From: Octopus bimaculoides | Lineage: Eukaryota | Assembly (NCBI RefSeq): GCF_001194135.2 | Contig: NC_068983.1 | Coordinates: forward strand, 5,440,840 to 5,493,309 | DNA: 52,470 nt | Direction: 5' to 3' | Notes under the pieces: generated by a model | Told to the model about the DNA's origin: nothing | Seen by the model: only the letters and a program-made list of their open reading frames with translations | Database searches by the model: none | Part shown: positions 48,088-52,470 of the stretch, piece by piece | Position numbering within the stretch: the first letter of the stretch is position 1 | Layout of the letters: every line of letters starts with the position of its first letter | Position numbers and translations under genes: made by a program

Positions 48088-49722
48088 GATGGTGGCGAAC
48101 TGGCAGAAGCGTTAGCACGCCGGGCGAAACGCTTTACGTTCTGAGTTCAAATTCCGCCGAGGTCGATTTTGCCTTTGATCCTTTCGGGGTCAATAAATTA
48201 AGTACCAGTTGCGTACTGAAGTCGATCTAGTCGACTGCCCCCTCCCCAAAATTTTCGGGCCTTGTGCCATGAGTAGAAACAAATATTAAAGGCGAAGAAC
48301 TGGCAGAAACGTTAGCACACCGGGCGAAATGGTTTGCGGTATTTCGTCTGCCGTTACGTTCTGAGTTCAAATTCTGCTGAGGTCGACTTTGCCTTTCATC
48401 CTTTCGGAGTCGATAAATTAAGTACCAGTTACGCATTGGCGTCGATGTAATCGACTTAATCCCTTTATCTGTCCTTGTTAGTCCCGTCTATGTTTAGCCC
48501 TTTGTGGGCAATAAAGAAATAAGAAACGTTAGCACGCCGGGCGAAATGCTTAGCGGTGTTTCGTCTGTCTTTACGTCCTGAGTTCAAATTCCGCCAAGGT
48601 CAACTTTGCCTTTCATCCTTTCGGGGTCGATAGATTAAGTACCAGTTGCGTACTGGGGTCGATCNNNNNNNNNNNNNNNNNNNNNNNNNNNNNNNNNNNN
48701 NNNNNNNNNNNNNNNNNNNNNNNNNNNNNNNNNNNNNNNNNNNNNNNNNNNNNNNNNNNNNNNNNNNNNNNNNNNNNNNNNNNNNNNNNNNNNNNNNNNN
48801 NNNNNNNNNNNNNNNNNNNNNNNNNNNNNNNNNNNNNNNNNNNNNNNNNNNNNNNNNNNNNNNNNNNNNNNNNNNNNNNNNNNNNNNNNNNNNNNNNNNN
48901 NNNNNNNNNNNNNNNNNNNNNNNNNNNNNNNNNNNNNNNNNNNNNNNNNNNNNNNNNNNNNNNNNNNNNNNNNNNNNNNNNNNNNNNNNNNNNNNNNNNN
49001 NNNNNNNNNNNNNNNNNNNNNNNNNNNNNNNNNNNNNNNNNNNNNNNNNNNNNNNNNNNNNNNNNNNNNNNNNNNNNNNNNNNNNNNNNNNNNNNNNNNN
49101 NNNNNNNNNNNNNNNNNNNNNNNNNNNNNNNNNNNNNNNNNNNNNNNNNNNNNNNNNNNNNNNNNNNNNNNNNNNNNNNNNNNNNNNNNNNNNNNNNNNN
49201 NNNNNNNNNNNNNNNNNNNNNNNNNNNNNNNNNNNNNNNNNNNNNNNNNNNNNNNNNNNNNNNNNNNNNNNNNNNNNNNNNNNNNNNNNNNNNNNNNNNN
49301 NNNNNNNNNNNNNNNNNNNNNNNNNNNNNNNNNNNNNNNNNNNNNNNNNNNNNNNNNNNNNNNNNNNNNNNNNNNNNNNNNNNNNNNNNNNNNNNNNNNN
49401 NNNNNNNNNNNNNNNNNNNNNNNNNNNNNNNNNNNNNNNNNNNNNNNNNNNNNNNNNNNNNNNNNNNNNNNNNNNNNNNNNGTCTATGTTTAGCCCTTTG
49501 TGGGCAATAAAGAAATAAGAAACGTTAGCACGCCGGGCGAAATGCTTAGCGGTATTTCGTCAATCTTTACGTTCTGAGTTCAAATTCCACCGGGGTCAGC
49601 TTTGCCTTTCATCCTTTCGGGGTCGATAGATTAAGTACCAGTTGCGTACTGGGGTCGATCTAATCGTCTGGACCTCACTCCAAAAATTTCGGGCCTTGTG
49701 CCTAGAGTAGAAAAGAATATTT
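48088..49722 (+). mobile_element. Head-to-tail SINE-A cluster: A1 monomer, A2-A1 dimer, gap, second A2-A1 junction plus A1
   Basis: Units start at ~48088, ~48290, ~48523 and ~49520; junction aaagaaataagaaacgttagcacgccgggcg occurs at ~48515 and ~49511. Confidence 0.88.
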
Positions 49723-49729
49723 CTAGGCC

Positions 49730-50265
49730 TTATTACCTAGTGGTGGGAAGCAGGACGACGTTGGATTGGATGCTAGAATTGTGTGTGAAGGCAGCGTGAT
49801 GTCCCAGCTCTAACAATCGATCCTCAGAAGAGAAGTTGGTAAAAAAAAACTGAAACTCGCTATCTTCAATTCGGTTTCCGTGACTATCCTCACTTGTGGT
49901 CGTGAATGTTGGGTAATGACCGAAAGAGTACGATCGAGAACACAAGCGGCCGAAATAGGATTCCTCCGAAAGGTCTCTGTAGCAACGTTATGCGACAGGG
50001 TGAGTAGCTCGGAGATCGGGGAGTCTCTCCAGGTTCAACAACTACTTCATCGGCCTGAGATGTCACAGTCCTGTGACATGTGATTCGAATGTTGCAGAAA
50101 TGAATCGCAAGACGGATTCTTCAAGCCGAGCCAACCGGCAAGGGAATCCAGCAGGAGAGTCTAATGACTGTTTGTTTCTGATAGGTCCCATGGAGAGGGT
50201 GCCTAAGGATTCTACTCTCACGACCCTGCCAGGAGAAATAAGTATAGTAAAAACGGTGTTTTGAC
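49730..50265 (+). mobile_element. RTE-clade LINE fragment (post-RT thumb and C-terminal region)
   Basis: KLAIFNSVSVTILTCGRECWVMTERVRSRTQAAEIGFLRKV...DRVSSSEIGESLQV matches the RTE C-terminal consensus pattern. Confidence 0.85.
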
Positions 50266-50394
50266 GATTTAATGCGAACAAAATTCCTTTGTTCTCAAGT
50301 AGTTATGACAACGTTAGTTTAGTTAAGTTTTACAAGGAACCAATATTACAAAAAAGGTAAAAAAAAAAAAAAATTCTTTGTAATTTTTAACAAA

Positions 50395-50570
50395 CATTTC
50401 TGAGAGAAGGAAAAAGCCGAGTACATCGACCGCAGCACAGAACTGGTATTTATTTCATTGTCTCTTGAAAGATGAACAGCAAAGTCGACCTCAGCGGAAT
50501 TCGAACTCGGTGAGTACAAAGCTGAAAGAAATGATGCCCGTCGCCGTAACGATTCTGCCAGCTCGCAGAA
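50395..50570 (-). mobile_element. SINE-A, degenerate
   Basis: gaaagatgaacagcaaagtcgacctcagcggaattcgaactc...gtaacgattctgccagctcgc. Confidence 0.75.
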
Positions 50571-51036
50571 AATAATTGCGATTACCTTATGTCTCTTTGG
50601 TGTATGACCATCAAAATATTTTATTAGAAGAGGGAATGTATTTAGTTGTTTCTCATGCAGTAGGTTTGATTGAGAAAATTTTGAAAATTTGAGTCTTATG
50701 AAAAATACTGCTAAGAGAAATGCAGAAACAGAAGGTCAAAGATGTGAAAAATTGTTTCAATGATTCATCATTCTCTAACTTACGTTAGGACTCAAAGCTC
50801 GTGCATGACTCAAAAGAACAGCCAGTAAAGAGACTGATGAAGATCGTCTTAGATTTTGCCTTAGTAGAAGAGGCTTCTACACGATCAAAGGCAACGCATG
50901 AAACACTACAAGAATGTTAGAATGGCGGAAGTGTTATATGTTTAGTTTTTTGGCAACACAAGTTTAAATTCTGGCCTGCCGTTGTCATTTGTATCCTTAT
51001 AGAACATTTTGTATGTATGTAGGGAAGTATCTGCCT

Positions 51037-51074
51037 GTCCGCCCGTCCGCCCGTCCGCCCGTCCGCCCGTCCGT
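51037..51074. repeat. 8-bp tandem repeat (GTCCGCCC) x4
   Basis: Directly visible; grades into (GTCC)/(GTCT) repeats. Confidence 0.9.
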
Positions 51075-51213
51075 CTTTCTGTCCGTCCGACCGTGTGTCT
51101 GCCTCTCTGTCTGTCTACGTGAGTATGCGTGTATGTATATGCATAAACACATTCACATATATATAGATATGTAGATATATCTACACACACACACACACAC
51201 ATACACACACACA

Positions 51214-51269
<56 letters not shown>

Positions 51270-51359
51270 CATACATACAATTACATATATACTTTTCCGT
51301 CAAGTTTTACAAACAAACGTATATGTATGTATATATANNNNNNNNNNNNNNNNNNNNNN

Positions 51360-51396
<37 letters not shown>

Positions 51397-51541
51397 CACG
51401 CACACACATATATCATCAGTAATTCATATATCAGGAAAAGAAGCCCACTTTAAAGCTTTAGAGCAATAATATATTTTTAGGAAGTTAAAATTATGACTTG
51501 ATATAGAGTGATCATTGGTTTTGCACCTATAAAGCACCTTA

Positions 51542-51920
51542 GCAATATAGGCGTCTCGTCAAACTCAAATGGCTGATGGCTCATAACTTTTCTTGGCAGA
51601 GACGCAAGAATTCTAAAAAAAAACTCGCTCGATTCGGGGATCTTTTCCAGCTCCAGGAAAGAAGTATTCAGTCAATGCACACATCTAAAACGTTTCCTAC
51701 ATCTGGATTGGAATTTCTCATTCGTTGAATAGTCCCACTACAACTCCTTCGAATATCACCGCAGCCGGAGCTGATGTTAGGAGGATAACACCGTCCTGCT
51801 CGCATCACGGACAATTAATTTTTCCTTACAAAACCAACTGACAGTTAGATATTTCTTCCTCCATTTTTAAAGAAGTAATGAGCCTTCAGCCATTTGAATC
51901 TGACGAGTCACCTATACTGG
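51542..51920. mobile_element. 379-bp Tc1/mariner-type MITE, ~47-bp TIRs, TA on both flanks
   Basis: caatataggcgtctcgtcaaactcaaatggctgatggctcataactt (51543-51589) versus reverse complement of 51873-51919, cagtataggtgactcgtcagattcaaatggctgaaggctcattactt. Confidence 0.8.
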
Positions 51921-52470
51921 TAAGCGCTTTACATGTGCGAAACATGGTCACTCTGTGCTCTATGATAGGCCATTACTTTTAACTTCATACACACACACAT
52001 GTATATTTGTGTATATATATCTATGTATTTCGCACATATGTGCATATGTATACGTGCAAATATATATATATATGTATTTATGTATATGTTTATCTATCTA
52101 CTATCTATCTACCTATCTATCTATCTATCTATGTATTTTTTAATCTATCTATTTTTTAATCTATCTATTTTTCAATATATATGTGTGTGCTGTGTGTGTT
52201 TGCAAGTAAAACTGGAGAGAAAAGAACTTGATAAGTGTAATACAGTTAACTCATATGTTCAGAGCTGAGGTGACGGAGAGAAACCTTAGCTTCGAATAAT
52301 AACATTTACAAGAAACTCTTCATTCATTGTCATTTTAATTTCTTATTCGCATATATAAGGGCAGATATGAACCATTACAGAATTCAAAATGTGCATTTAT
52401 TTGGAATTGGCAAGTAGAGACCATGACAATTACTTCTCCTATATATTTGGAAATGTATATATATATATAT

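Noticed and set aside
48088-49722. Regularly recurring units suggesting a CRISPR array or tRNA gene cluster
   Set aside because: Units are ~200-230 bp SINE monomers without unique spacers, and heads have extended non-cloverleaf sequence between A and B boxes

Overview
Eukaryotic, repeat-saturated intergenic or intronic DNA with 18 assembly gaps (about 6.2 kb of N). I infer a coleoid cephalopod, most likely Octopus, from the extreme microsatellite load and the tRNA-derived SINE families; this is unverified. No host gene can be called with confidence. Almost all long ORFs in the supplied track are microsatellite or N-run artefacts; only weak exon candidates remain. Recognisable protein-coding remnants are all decayed transposons: a hAT C-terminus, a mariner N-terminus, a Tc1 C-terminus, four R4/Dong-type (RLE) LINE pieces, one RTE LINE piece, one L1/Tx1-like piece and a possible Penelope-like piece. 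There are at least four tRNA-head SINE types, labelled A-D here (my labels, not database names), and four inverted-repeat elements. The most interesting patterns are: (1) an apparent heterodimeric SINE (A2 monomer fused to a 5'-clipped A1 monomer) whose junction occurs twice; (2) both full-length SINE-C copies inserted at the B box of a SINE-A copy; (3) SINE modules recombined between families; (4) a SINE family with an internal hypervariable microsatellite; (5) a 542-bp almost spacerless TTAA-bounded foldback; (6) three different R4/Dong 3' ends lying in or beside AAT-type tracts. Coordinates were counted by eye; ends of decayed elements are approximate.
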